Assembly (NCBI GenBank): GCA_964556365.1
Contig: CAZKVT010000008.1
Location: forward strand, 4,826-68,825
Source: an uncultured bacterium
GTDB lineage: Bacteria > Hydrothermota > UBA3072
Direction of reading: 5' to 3'
DNA: 64,000 nt
Shown here: positions 37,434 to 46,432 of the stretch, in pieces
Numbering within the stretch: the stretch's first letter is position 1
Layout of the letters: each line of letters starts with the position of its first letter
The notes under the pieces: model-generated
What the model was told of the DNA's origin: nothing
The model's input: only the letters and a program-made list of their open reading frames with translations
Databases searched by the model: none
Program-made: the position numbers and the translations under genes

Positions 37434-38434
37434 TTAATCTCACTTATTTTCTCTTCAAACGGCGGAGAAATAATACCTTTTTCCGTAATAATCCCACTAA
37501 TAAGTTCATGCGGGGTCACGTCAAAAGCCGGATTCCTGACGCTTATATTTTCCGGTGCCGACTGTACTCCCATAAAGCCCGTAACCTCTTTTTTATCTCT
37601 TTCTTCTATAGGAATATCATCTCCGCTCTCAAGAGCTAAATCAAAAGTCGTGCTGGGTGCCACAACGTAAAAAGGAACTCCCTGTTCTCTCGCGGATAAA
37701 GACAGGGAATAAGTACCTATTTTATTTGCAGTATCTCCATTTTTTGAAATTCTATCCGCTCCTGTAAAAACTCCATCTATTTCTTCGGTTTTCATTATAT
37801 GAGCAATTGCCCCATCGACAATAAGAATTGCTTTTATCCCGTTTTTTGTAAGTTCCCAGGCAGTAAGTCTTGCTCCCTGGAGAAAAGGCCTCGTCTCGGG
37901 AACAAAAACAGTCATTTCCTTACCCTTTTCTTTCGCCTTATAAAAAACGGAAAGCGCCGTACCAATCCCACCGGTCGCGAGCGCTCCGGCATTACAAATT
38001 GTCATATATAAAGAATTGTCTTTTATTAATTCACACCCTTTTTCTCCCAAAAGTTCTGTAAGCTTTTTATCTTCTTCATGAATTTTAATAGCTTCTTCCA
38101 CAAAAAGAGACGGCTTTAATCCTTCTCTCTCAAGAAGTCTCCTCATTCTTTTTACCGCATAAAAAAGATTGTAAGCTGTCGGTCTGGCAGATTCTATAAG
38201 AAAAATATCTCTTTCCAAAGAAGCTCTATTTTTACTACTAAGAGCAGAAAGAGCAATACCATAACCCGCAGCCACACCAATAGCAGGGGCTCCTCTAATC
38301 AGCATATCTTTAATCGCGGTATACATCTCTTCGGCAGATTTTATTTCGACATAAACTTCCTCATGGGGCAGTTTTCTCTGATCTATCAACTCAGCGTAAT
38401 CTCCGCACCACTTTATAGTATCAGCCCAAATCAT
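37427..38434 (-). CDS. mtnA: S-methyl-5-thioribose-1-phosphate isomerase (eIF-2B alpha/beta/delta family)
   Basis: 335 aa; LIDQRKLPHEE, IRGAPAIGVAAGYG, GADRI..NGD.ANKIGTY. Confidence 0.85.
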   Translation of the reverse strand: MIWADTIKWCGDYAELIDQRKLPHEEVYVEIKSAEEMYTAIKDMLIRGAPAIGVAAGYGIALSALSSKNRASLERDIFLIESARPTAYNLFYAVKRMRRLLEREGLKPSLFVEEAIKIHEEDKKLTELLGEKGCELIKDNSLYMTICNAGALATGGIGTALSVFYKAKEKGKEMTVFVPETRPFLQGARLTAWELTKNGIKAILIVDGAIAHIMKTEEIDGVFTGADRISKNGDTANKIGTYSLSLSAREQGVPFYVVAPSTTFDLALESGDDIPIEERDKKEVTGFMGVQSAPENISVRNPAFDVTPHELISGIITEKGIISPPFEEKISEIKC

Positions 38435-38446
38435 AATGTTTCTTCC

Positions 38447-39013
38447 TCATACCTTAAAACCGACTTCTTTTAACAGATTAATACTGGTATCTAAAGGAAA
38501 CCCGACAACGTTAGAAAAACTGCCTTCGATTCTATCTATAAAAGACATATTTCTATCCTGGATACCATAAGAACCGGCTTTGTCTAAACTTTGTCCTGAA
38601 TTCACATAATATAAAATTTGAGAATCGCTCAATTCATGAAACTTGACATCACTTACATCATAATCCTGAGAAATTATCCCATCGTTTAATAGGGCCACTC
38701 CTGTAAAAACCTTATGCCATTTGCCGGACAAACTTTTCAACATCTTTATTGAATCTTCTCTGTCTTTCGGTTTTCCGAGTATTTCCCCTTCAAGAAAAAC
38801 GAGTGTGTCAAAACCTATAATAATGTTTCCCTTTGTTTTCTTTTTTTTCTCACTGACCCATCTGACCTTATTGACAGCATTGCAAACAGCTGTTTCTTCA
38901 GGGGTATCGAGTATAACTTCTTCAGCATCCGAAGGTATAATTTTTCCATTTATTCCAAGCTGATTAAAAAACTCCTTCCTTCTTGCCGAAGACGAAGCTA
39001 AGATAATTTTCAT
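38447..39013 (-). CDS. maf: Maf family nucleoside-triphosphate pyrophosphatase
   Basis: 188 aa; MKIILASSSARRKE, DTLV, GKP, KAGSYGIQ. Confidence 0.9.
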   Translation of the reverse strand: MKIILASSSARRKEFFNQLGINGKIIPSDAEEVILDTPEETAVCNAVNKVRWVSEKKKKTKGNIIIGFDTLVFLEGEILGKPKDREDSIKMLKSLSGKWHKVFTGVALLNDGIISQDYDVSDVKFHELSDSQILYYVNSGQSLDKAGSYGIQDRNMSFIDRIEGSFSNVVGFPLDTSINLLKEVGFKV

Positions 39014-39020
39014 ATCCTTT

Positions 39021-39048
39021 ATGATAGAAAATACATTTTTTTTGTCAA
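39021..39048 (-). promoter_or_regulatory. sigma-70-type promoter of maf, -10 box only 7 nt from the ATG
   Basis: Minus strand cacctTGACA (39048-39043), 16 nt, TATCAT (39026-39021), then AAAGGAT-ATG. Confidence 0.45.
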
Positions 39049-39074
39049 GGTGTATTTTACCACGTTCAACGAAA

Positions 39075-39153
39075 CGGTTAGGTCGTTAGGTGGTTGGGTC
39101 GTTAGGTGGTTTAAAAAATCCGAACCAACGGCCCCACGATCCAACGAACCAAC
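39075..39153. repeat. cargo-less inverted pair of GTTAGG / CCAACG 8-mer arrays
   Basis: CGGTTAGGTCGTTAGGTGGTTGGGTCGTTAGGTGGT - TTAAAAA - ATCCGAACCAACGGCCCCACGATCCAACGAACCAACT; same unit family as the flanks of the four-helix-bundle gene. Confidence 0.75.
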
Positions 39154-39162
39154 TCTTAAAAA

Positions 39163-39894
39163 CTATGCGCCGCGACTTAAACGTGTAGCCAGAATTTCGG
39201 GAAGTCCGGCTTCCAGGATTTTACTCTTCGCTTTTTCAATGTCATATTCTATACGAAAACTTTGAATATACTTCTTGTTCGAATCATAAATCATAAAAGA
39301 AGCTCGGGGATCTCTATCCCTGGGCTGTCCTACACTGCCTGGATTAATTATATATTTTTTATCAGATTCCAGCGAAATTTCCCCGGGGGTTAATATTTCC
39401 ACATTTTCACCTGTATCCTTAAAAAGCAACTGCACATGAGTATGTCCGACGAAAAGAATCTCATCCTCCATAAGCTGAAAGTCCACATAAGTATCACTCG
39501 GACTAGAAAGATATCTCCAGGACTCGGGTCGATGAAGTGACGCATGCACAAAACTTATATTTTCTTCTCTGAATTTAAGGGGCAAATTTTTTAGAAACTT
39601 TATTTCATCATCACACAAAACACTTCTACTCCAAAGAACCGCTTCTTTCGCGTAATCATTAAAATCGTTTATATTCGTTAGTTCACAAACGGCAAAATCA
39701 TGATTGCCCGCGAGAATAACATCCGAAATCTCTCTGGTTACCTTTATACATTCTCCGGGATCTGCTCCGTAACCGACAATATCCCCCAAACATATAATCT
39801 TATCGACCTTCTCCTCGTAAGACTTAATAGATTCCCATATAGATAAAAGCGCCTCCAGATTACCATGTATATCAGAAATTACAGCATAAATCAT
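39163..39894 (-). CDS. metallophosphoesterase (YfcE/MJ0936-like)
   Basis: ATG at 39894 (MIYAVISDIHGN) lies 1 nt downstream of the nusB stop codon (39896-39898); the listed 39987 start would run inside nusB. Motifs DIHGN, GDIVGYG, GNHD, GHTH. Confidence 0.8.
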   Translation of the reverse strand: MIYAVISDIHGNLEALLSIWESIKSYEEKVDKIICLGDIVGYGADPGECIKVTREISDVILAGNHDFAVCELTNINDFNDYAKEAVLWSRSVLCDDEIKFLKNLPLKFREENISFVHASLHRPESWRYLSSPSDTYVDFQLMEDEILFVGHTHVQLLFKDTGENVEILTPGEISLESDKKYIINPGSVGQPRDRDPRASFMIYDSNKKYIQSFRIEYDIEKAKSKILEAGLPEILATRLSRGA

Positions 39895-39895
39895 A

Positions 39896-40327
39896 TCATA
39901 AAAGACCTTTGTCTCTCGCGACCGAATCGAGTATACCATTAACAAAGATTCCCGATTTTTCAGTCGAAAATTCTTTAGCGATCTCAATAGCCTCGTTTAT
40001 TACTACCTTGGCAGGTACTTCAGGTAAGTGCATAAGCTCGAGAACTGCTACTCCAAGAATTGTCTTATCCATAGCACATAAACGGTCCCACTCCCAATTC
40101 TCGAGAACTGTTTTCACCAACTCATCCGCTTCCTCCAGATGTTTTTCCGCAAGATCTAACAGAATATGAGCAAAAGATAAAGCCTCCTCATTATAATCCT
40201 GTTTATCCAAAGCGGCTATTTTTTCGAGATTCTCGGGAGAGTATTTTAAATTTATTCTGGCAGGGTATAACGCCTGAACAGCGAGCACCCTGCCAAGCCT
40301 TCTGCTTCCTTTATTTTTATCTATCAC
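39896..40327 (-). CDS. nusB: transcription antitermination factor NusB
   Basis: 143 aa; RRLGRVLAVQALY..., INEAIEIAKEF, FVNGILD. Confidence 0.9.
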   Translation of the reverse strand: MIDKNKGSRRLGRVLAVQALYPARINLKYSPENLEKIAALDKQDYNEEALSFAHILLDLAEKHLEEADELVKTVLENWEWDRLCAMDKTILGVAVLELMHLPEVPAKVVINEAIEIAKEFSTEKSGIFVNGILDSVARDKGLL

Positions 40328-40788
40328 TTTTCAAGATTCTCATAAAGGTTTATCATTTCGAGAACACTTAACGCGGCATCCCATCCTTTATTTCCAACCT
40401 TCATACCTGCCCGGCTAAGAGCCTGCTCTTCGGTATCGGAGGTCACAACCCCAAATCCAACGGGCTTATTTGTTTGCATCGATATTTTAGCTATACCTTT
40501 TGTTGTTTCTGACGCGAGAAGATCAAAATGAGGTGTATCTCCTCTTATCAAAGCTCCGAGGACCAAAAATCCATCATATTTTTTAATATTTACAATCTTC
40601 GAAAGAAGCATCGACAATTCAAAAGACCCTGGTACCCAATAAACGTCTATATCCTGTTCCTTAACTTCATGCCTCTCTAAACAATCGATCGCACCTTCCT
40701 TCAATACATTGGTTACCCTGGAATTAAAACGTGATATAACAATTGCTATTTTAATTCCTTTCCCTTTGACTAAACCTTTGTGTTCCAT
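40324..40788 (-). CDS. ribH: 6,7-dimethyl-8-ribityllumazine synthase
   Basis: 154 aa; KIAIVISRFN, VPGSFE, GALIRGDTPHFD. Confidence 0.95.
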   Translation of the reverse strand: MEHKGLVKGKGIKIAIVISRFNSRVTNVLKEGAIDCLERHEVKEQDIDVYWVPGSFELSMLLSKIVNIKKYDGFLVLGALIRGDTPHFDLLASETTKGIAKISMQTNKPVGFGVVTSDTEEQALSRAGMKVGNKGWDAALSVLEMINLYENLEK

Positions 40789-40831
40789 AAAGCCTCCTTT
40801 ACTATCTGTATTTTTTTAATATAAAATATAT

Positions 40832-42037
40832 TTATACATTTTTAAGCGTGTGTCCAAGTTTGTTCTTTTTAGTTTTAAGATATCTAATATTTTCTTCGGA
40901 AGGTTTAACTTCTATAGGCATTCTTTCGGTAACCTGTAGCCCGTATCCTTCGAGTCCTACGATTTTCCTCGGATTATTGGTAAGAAGTCTTATTGTAGAA
41001 AGACCCAGGTCTCTCAGGATCTGAGCCCCTATCCCATAATCACGTAAATCCGTCTTAAAACCCAACTCTTCATTTGCCTCTACGGTATCCAATCCTCCAT
41101 CTTGAAGCTTATACGCTCTCAACTTGTTTAACAAACCTATTCCTCTACCCTCTTGCCTCATATACAGAAAAACACCCTTACCTTCTTTATTTATAACCGT
41201 TAAAGCATTTACCAGTTGTTCGCCGCAGTCACATCGGAGAGAACGAAGAGTATCACCGGTCAGACATTCTGAATGAACTCGGACAAGCACATCTTTTTGA
41301 TTAGTCACTTTTCCTTTAACAAGAGCGAGATGAATCTTATCATCTATGATATTGGTATAAGGTATCAGTTTAAATTTCCCGAAACGAGTCGGAAAATCTA
41401 CTTCTGCTTCTTTCTTGATCAACTTCTCTCTTTTCTGTCTATATTTGATTAAACTCGCAACCGTAACCACCTTTAAATTATGCTTATTGGCTTTGTCGAG
41501 GAGCCGCGGCAACCTCGCCATTGAACCATCTTCATCCATTATTTCGCAAATAACGGCGGAAGAATACAATCCCGCAATTCTTGCTATATCTATAGAAGCC
41601 TCGGTATGACCGGCTCTCCTTAAAGTTCCACCCTCTTTTGCTTTTATCGGAAAAACATGCCCGGGTCTACAAAGCTCCTCAGCCTTCGTTTTGGGATCGA
41701 TAAGTTTTTTAATCGTCAAAGCCCTATCAAACGCGCTTATCCCTGTAGTGGTACCCTCCCGGGCATCAACTGAAACAGCAAAGGCCGTACCATGTCGAGC
41801 CGTTATATTCGTTGTCATTAAAGGCAAATCAAGTTCACACAATCTTTTCTCCAACAGAGAAACGCAAATCAATCCACGCCCTTCTTTTGCCATAAAATTT
41901 ATTACCTCAGGAGTGATTTTCTCGGACGCCACCACAAAATCCCCTTCATTTTCTCTGTTTTTATCGTCGACTACAATAATAGGTATGCCTTTTCTCACAT
42001 CTTCAATTATTTCTTCTATCGAACTAAACTTTTTCAT
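40832..42037 (-). CDS. ribBA: bifunctional 3,4-dihydroxy-2-butanone-4-phosphate synthase / GTP cyclohydrolase II
   Basis: 401 aa; [43 protein letters not shown]. Confidence 0.95.
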   Translation of the reverse strand: MKKFSSIEEIIEDVRKGIPIIVVDDKNRENEGDFVVASEKITPEVINFMAKEGRGLICVSLLEKRLCELDLPLMTTNITARHGTAFAVSVDAREGTTTGISAFDRALTIKKLIDPKTKAEELCRPGHVFPIKAKEGGTLRRAGHTEASIDIARIAGLYSSAVICEIMDEDGSMARLPRLLDKANKHNLKVVTVASLIKYRQKREKLIKKEAEVDFPTRFGKFKLIPYTNIIDDKIHLALVKGKVTNQKDVLVRVHSECLTGDTLRSLRCDCGEQLVNALTVINKEGKGVFLYMRQEGRGIGLLNKLRAYKLQDGGLDTVEANEELGFKTDLRDYGIGAQILRDLGLSTIRLLTNNPRKIVGLEGYGLQVTERMPIEVKPSEENIRYLKTKKNKLGHTLKNV

Positions 42038-42615
42038 TTAAACTCCAGTAATCTCTGCAAATATCTTGCCAGTGGGTCTACTTCAATATTCACAATATCT
42101 CCCCTTTTCTTGTATTTAAAATTCGTATTTAATAAAGTATGTTTTATCATAACAACCTTAAAGCTTTTTTCCTTTATTTCAGTAATAGTAAGAGAAACTC
42201 CATCGAGCGCAATACTACCTTTCTCGGCTATAAACCGGGAAAGACTGGAAGGATATTCAAAAACAAACTCATAAGTTTCCACGGTCTTTTTTATATTCAA
42301 TATCTTACCAACGCCATCCACATGTCCGTAAACAAGATGCCCGTGAAGCAAATCGCCTGCAGTAAGAGAAGATTCGACATTTACCCAATCTCCGCCACTG
42401 AGCTTAGAAAGATTACTACGGGAAACAGTTTCGGAAGAAGCATCGAACATATAGGTCGATCCGTATATCTTTGAAACCGTCAAACAGGCTCCGTTCACAG
42501 AAACACTATCTCCGATACTTGCGGAGAAAGGAAGCACCAAGTGAACAATCATATTGTTTTTCTCTTTTTTTAACCTATCGAGCTTAATTACATTCTTAAT
42601 TATTCCCGTAAACAC
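42034..42615 (-). CDS. ribE: riboflavin synthase (alpha chain)
   Basis: 193 aa; MFTGIIKNV start, duplicated lumazine-binding repeats (NGACLTV / DGVSLTI). Confidence 0.9.
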   Translation of the reverse strand: MFTGIIKNVIKLDRLKKEKNNMIVHLVLPFSASIGDSVSVNGACLTVSKIYGSTYMFDASSETVSRSNLSKLSGGDWVNVESSLTAGDLLHGHLVYGHVDGVGKILNIKKTVETYEFVFEYPSSLSRFIAEKGSIALDGVSLTITEIKEKSFKVVMIKHTLLNTNFKYKKRGDIVNIEVDPLARYLQRLLEFK

Positions 42616-43660
42616 TGTTCGCCTCCACTAAAAAATCTTCTCCTATTTTTTTTACATTGGTATTCAAATAAACCCTTTTAAAAGCCGAATTAAAAAGAGG
42701 AACACCGCTACCCAAAAAAGAAGGAGATACAAAAAGAAGATATTTATCTATCACACCCGCTTCGACAAACCGGGTAAAAGTTTCGCTACCGCCTTCTATC
42801 ATAATAGAAGCAATATTTTCTTTCCCCGCTCTTTTTAATATATCTCTTACTCTTATCACGTTGTTTTTCCCTTTAAAAACCCATACTACCGCCTTCGGAT
42901 ATTTTTCTCTTGCTTCTTCTTTAGTCGTAACCAGAATAACCCTACCCCCTCCCCTAAAAATTTTTGCGTCAACAGGACACTCAAGGTAAGGATCTATTAT
43001 GATTTTATAAGGTTGTTTATTAACTTCGACTTCTCGTACCGTCAGGGCGGGATTATCTATTAAAACAGTTCCGACACCAATTAATATCGCGTCCACTTTA
43101 TTCCGCTGGCGGTGAACCTCCTTATGAGACTCATCTCCCGATATCTTAAAGATTCCCCTATCGGGATCTCCGATCTTTCCATCCAGGGTAATTGCCGTTT
43201 TTAAAATTAAATATGGAATTTTTTTTGTAATATACTTTAAGTAAAAAGCATTTAGTTCTTTCGCTTCTTTCTCGAGAATACCTGTTTTTACTCTGATATT
43301 TTTATTTTTCAGCCATTCGAGACCCTTTCCGTCGACAAGAGGATTGGGGTCTTTTATGGAAGCAACGACCCTACCAACACCTCTGGATTCGATAAATTCA
43401 ACGCATGGAGGAGTTTTACCATGGTGACAACAGGGCTCGAGAGAAACATACAAAGTAGCACCTTTAGCTTTATCTCCAGCCCGGGTAATGGCTTCGACTT
43501 CCGCGTGCGGAGTTCCCGGACCTTTATGATAACCTCTTCCTACAACTACACCATCTTTTACCACACAGGCACCAACGAGAGGATTCGGGGAAACAATTCC
43601 TTCACCTTTTACGGCAAGTTCAAATGTTTCCTTTATAAAATGTTCATCTAATTTATTCAT
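42596..43660 (-). CDS. ribD: bifunctional diaminohydroxyphosphoribosylaminopyrimidine deaminase / 5-amino-6-(5-phosphoribosylamino)uracil reductase
   Basis: 354 aa; PNPLVGAC, HAEVEA, LEPCCHHGKTPPC, reductase half. Confidence 0.95.
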   Translation of the reverse strand: MNKLDEHFIKETFELAVKGEGIVSPNPLVGACVVKDGVVVGRGYHKGPGTPHAEVEAITRAGDKAKGATLYVSLEPCCHHGKTPPCVEFIESRGVGRVVASIKDPNPLVDGKGLEWLKNKNIRVKTGILEKEAKELNAFYLKYITKKIPYLILKTAITLDGKIGDPDRGIFKISGDESHKEVHRQRNKVDAILIGVGTVLIDNPALTVREVEVNKQPYKIIIDPYLECPVDAKIFRGGGRVILVTTKEEAREKYPKAVVWVFKGKNNVIRVRDILKRAGKENIASIMIEGGSETFTRFVEAGVIDKYLLFVSPSFLGSGVPLFNSAFKRVYLNTNVKKIGEDFLVEANSVYGNN

Positions 43661-43663
43661 AAA

Positions 43664-43812
43664 AAAAACCCCTCTTCGGGGGTTTTCTAAAGTCTATTCT
43701 CTTCTCTCATCCGGACTTTAACCGTCGGCTTCGGAATTTCACCGAATCAGGATTGCTCCTCGCGGGCTTTCACCGCCGGTCGGGAATTACACCCAACCCC
43801 GAAAAGATATTT
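43664..43812 (-). promoter_or_regulatory. FMN riboswitch (RFN element) with terminator hairpin abutting the ribD start codon
   Basis: Minus strand: ...CGGGGTTGGGTGTAATTCCCGACCGGCGGTGAAAGCCCGCGAGG...GATTCGGTGAAATTCCGAAGCCGACGGTTAAAGTCCGGATGAGAGAAG, then AAAACCCCCGAAGAGGGGTTTTTTTT-ATG. Confidence 0.85.
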
Positions 43813-43814
43813 AA

Positions 43815-43842
43815 TAATTACGAATTTTATGAATTTTGTCAA
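43815..43842 (-). promoter_or_regulatory. sigma-70-type promoter of the rib operon
   Basis: Minus strand cccTTGACA (43842-43837), 16 nt, TAATTA (43820-43815), just upstream of the riboswitch. Confidence 0.5.
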
Positions 43843-43854
43843 GGGAAAAAATTA

Positions 43855-44135
43855 ATCCAAAAAAATAATTGAACCACAAAGATCACAAAGGGCACAAAGA
43901 AAAAAATATGTATTTTGTTTAAAACTACTCCCACCCCCACCAAAAAAATTACCACAGAGGACACAGAGACAATAGAAGGATTAGAAGAAGTGCAGGTTAG
44001 CATTTCAAGGATTAAGATTTAAGGGTTAAGTTTTTTATAATCCCTGCTCATCTTTCTAGTCTCACGTCTAATCCGTAACTCTTGTTAGACTTCCTGTTTA
44101 TCTACTAATCCTTTACTGATTTCAAAATTTCAACT
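43855..44135. repeat. interspersed mosaic element between the divergent rib and antiporter promoters
   Basis: CACAAAGAT CACAAAGGG CACAAAG; CCCACCCCCACCAAAAAAATT; ACCACAGAGGACACAGAGAC; AGGATTAGAAG..GCAGGTTA; GGATTAAG..GGGTTAAG; GACTTCCTGTTTATCTACTAATCCTTTACTGATTTC. Confidence 0.8.
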
Positions 44136-44161
44136 TGAACTGTAAAACTCAGTAAATGCTA

Positions 44162-44189
44162 TTGACAAAAATGGCTTCTTTCCTATTTT
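44162..44189 (+). promoter_or_regulatory. sigma-70-type promoter of the antiporter gene, -10 box 9 nt from the ATG
   Basis: TTGACA (44162-44167), 16 nt, TATTTT (44184-44189), CAATAAGAA-ATG; no Shine-Dalgarno. Confidence 0.4.
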
Positions 44190-44198
44190 CAATAAGAA

Positions 44199-45164
44199 AT
44201 GAGTTATTTCCTACTTATCTTAGGACTTATGTTACTTGTTAAAGGAGCCGATGCTATGATCGACGGGGCTGTCGAGATCGCGACAATATTCGGACTTTCC
44301 CCTCTTTTTATCGGACTCTCTATTACGGCATTAGGAACAAGCGCGCCCGAGGCAGCCGTTTCAATTAAAGCGGTAATTTCGTCTTATCCTTCGATTTCTT
44401 TCGGAAATGTTCTCGGCAGTAACGTTGCGAACATCGGTCTTGTTCTTGGTCTGGGAGCTCTTATATGGTCTCTCACAGCTAAAAAATCGACTATCAAATG
44501 GGAAATTCCTTTTTGTTTAATGATAAGTATTTTAACTATTTTCCTTGTGCGTGATGATTGGTACGGTACAGGAGACAACTATCTTTCGCGTTTTGACGGA
44601 ATATTTTTACTTATCCTCTTTTTTCTTTACGTGTCTTATCTGTATTCTATGGCAAGAAAAGACAGAAGAAATTTCAGGCTTAATACAGACCTGACAAATA
44701 TCGAATATTCAAACAAACAAATATTCAAAGCATCTATTTTGTCATTAATAGGCATAGCCGGAGTTCTTCTCGGAGCTCATTTAATTGTCGATAATGCTGT
44801 AATAATAGCAAAAAGACTCGGCATTTCCGAAATATTAATAAGTGTAACTATAATAGCGCTCGGCACTTCCCTACCGGAGGCGGCAACCTCTCTTACGGCA
44901 ATGAAAAAAGGAAAATCGGATATCGCAATAGGCAACGTGGTAGGAAGTAATATATTCAATATTTTGTTTGTACTGGGTATAACATCAACGATTCAACCTA
45001 TAAAATTTCCGCTTTTGGCTTTCACAGACTTATTAATCGTTACAGGAATATCCGCGATTCTTCTTATCTTCGGATATACAAGGAATAAAATATCAAAAAA
45101 AGAAGGAGGAATTCTCCTCCTTCTCTATATTCTTTATATAATTTTTGTAATTATAAGAAAATAA
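44199..45164 (+). CDS. CaCA family sodium/calcium antiporter (YrbG-like)
   Basis: 321 aa; two alpha-repeats GLSITALGTSAPE and TIIALGTSLPE, GNV(L/V)GSN(V/I). Confidence 0.85.
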   Translation: MSYFLLILGLMLLVKGADAMIDGAVEIATIFGLSPLFIGLSITALGTSAPEAAVSIKAVISSYPSISFGNVLGSNVANIGLVLGLGALIWSLTAKKSTIKWEIPFCLMISILTIFLVRDDWYGTGDNYLSRFDGIFLLILFFLYVSYLYSMARKDRRNFRLNTDLTNIEYSNKQIFKASILSLIGIAGVLLGAHLIVDNAVIIAKRLGISEILISVTIIALGTSLPEAATSLTAMKKGKSDIAIGNVVGSNIFNILFVLGITSTIQPIKFPLLAFTDLLIVTGISAILLIFGYTRNKISKKEGGILLLLYILYIIFVIIRK

Positions 45165-45168
45165 AAAA

Positions 45169-46233
45169 TTATATTCGCGGGATAAAGTCTATTTTATCAT
45201 TTAACTTTTTAATAAATTCTCCCGCGAGTTTTACGGCATTCTCGATATCACCGAGAGAAACAATTTCGATTGGAGTATGCATATAACGATTAGGAAAACT
45301 GATTAATCCCGTAGCCACTCCTCTCCTTGTAAGCTGCATGGCATTCGCATCCGTACCGGTTGCTCTTGGCGCTGCTTCAATTTGATAATCGATTTTATTC
45401 TTCTTTGCCGTTTCGATCAACATATTATAAATAACAGGGTTAATGTTCGCACCTTTTGAAATTGCAGGCCCTTTATTAAGGCAAATATCCCCGTACGTTT
45501 TCTTTTCCGTAGTCGGATGGTCCGTAGCGGTAGTAACATCGAAAGCCAAACCCAGGTCAGGATCGATACCGAAAGCGCTTGTCCTGGCACCTCTTAGACC
45601 CAATTCTTCTTGAACGGAAGAAACGCAATACAAATTCACCGCGATTTTTTTCTTACCCAGGTATTTAAGAAGAGCCCCTGCCGCGAAAACGCCGGCTTTA
45701 TTATCGGTTGCTTTTGTGAGTACTAAATTATTTTTTAATTCCTCCATACCCAACTGAAAAGTAATCGGGTCGCCAACCGAAACAATACTTTCGGCCTGTT
45801 TTTTATCTTTAGCCCCTACATCTATCCAAAGATCTTTTAGCCTGGGCGCTTTATTCCTTTCATCTTTTTCCATCATATGGATAGCTTTCCTGCCGATAAC
45901 TCCCCGTACCTTTCCTTTACCCGTATAAATATCTACCTTAAGTCCAGGCAAAAGCGAAGCATCGATACCTCCTATCGGCCTGAAGTATACAAAACCATCA
46001 CTGTCGATAAAATTGACCATAAAACCGACTTCATCAGCATGCCCCGAAACCATCATTTTTAACTTTCCACTACCCTTCCTGAAAGCAATAACGTTACCAT
46101 GAACATCCGTTTTAACTTCATCGGAATATTTTTTCACAAATTTTCTGTAAACTTCCTGAGCGGGCTCTTCAAAACCCGAAGGACTTGGCGCCTCTACAAG
46201 TTCACGAAAAAACTTTTTTAATTCTTTATCCAT
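45169..46233 (-). CDS. M42 family metallopeptidase (FrvX/glutamyl aminopeptidase-like)
   Basis: 354 aa; ELVEAPSPSGFEEP, GHADEVGFMV, VQEELGLRGA. Confidence 0.9.
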   Translation of the reverse strand: MDKELKKFFRELVEAPSPSGFEEPAQEVYRKFVKKYSDEVKTDVHGNVIAFRKGSGKLKMMVSGHADEVGFMVNFIDSDGFVYFRPIGGIDASLLPGLKVDIYTGKGKVRGVIGRKAIHMMEKDERNKAPRLKDLWIDVGAKDKKQAESIVSVGDPITFQLGMEELKNNLVLTKATDNKAGVFAAGALLKYLGKKKIAVNLYCVSSVQEELGLRGARTSAFGIDPDLGLAFDVTTATDHPTTEKKTYGDICLNKGPAISKGANINPVIYNMLIETAKKNKIDYQIEAAPRATGTDANAMQLTRRGVATGLISFPNRYMHTPIEIVSLGDIENAVKLAGEFIKKLNDKIDFIPRI

Positions 46234-46253
46234 ATCATATCTCCCTTGCTTTG

Positions 46254-46281
46254 ATTATATCCCAATAAACATAAAAGTCAA
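46254..46281 (-). promoter_or_regulatory. sigma-70-type promoter of the M42 peptidase gene
   Basis: Minus strand TTGACT (46281-46276), 16 nt, TATAAT (46259-46254), then GGGAG RBS. Confidence 0.55.
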
Positions 46282-46295
46282 GATAAATAACAAAG

Positions 46296-46385
46296 AAGTC
46301 AGGAGCCAGAAGCAAGTAGTCAGAATACCCCCACCCTGAATTTTCAACCACGAGCTTACACAAAATTACAAGAAGATTTTTTTAC
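46296..46385. repeat. short degenerate tandem-repeat module
   Basis: AAGTCAGG AGCCAGAA GCAAGTAG TCAGAATA (8-nt period), then CCCCCACCC and ...ACACAAAATTACAAG. Confidence 0.6.
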
Positions 46386-46432
46386 TGTTCTTTTGACACA
46401 AGATACACAACTCATTAAATAAGACTCAAAAT

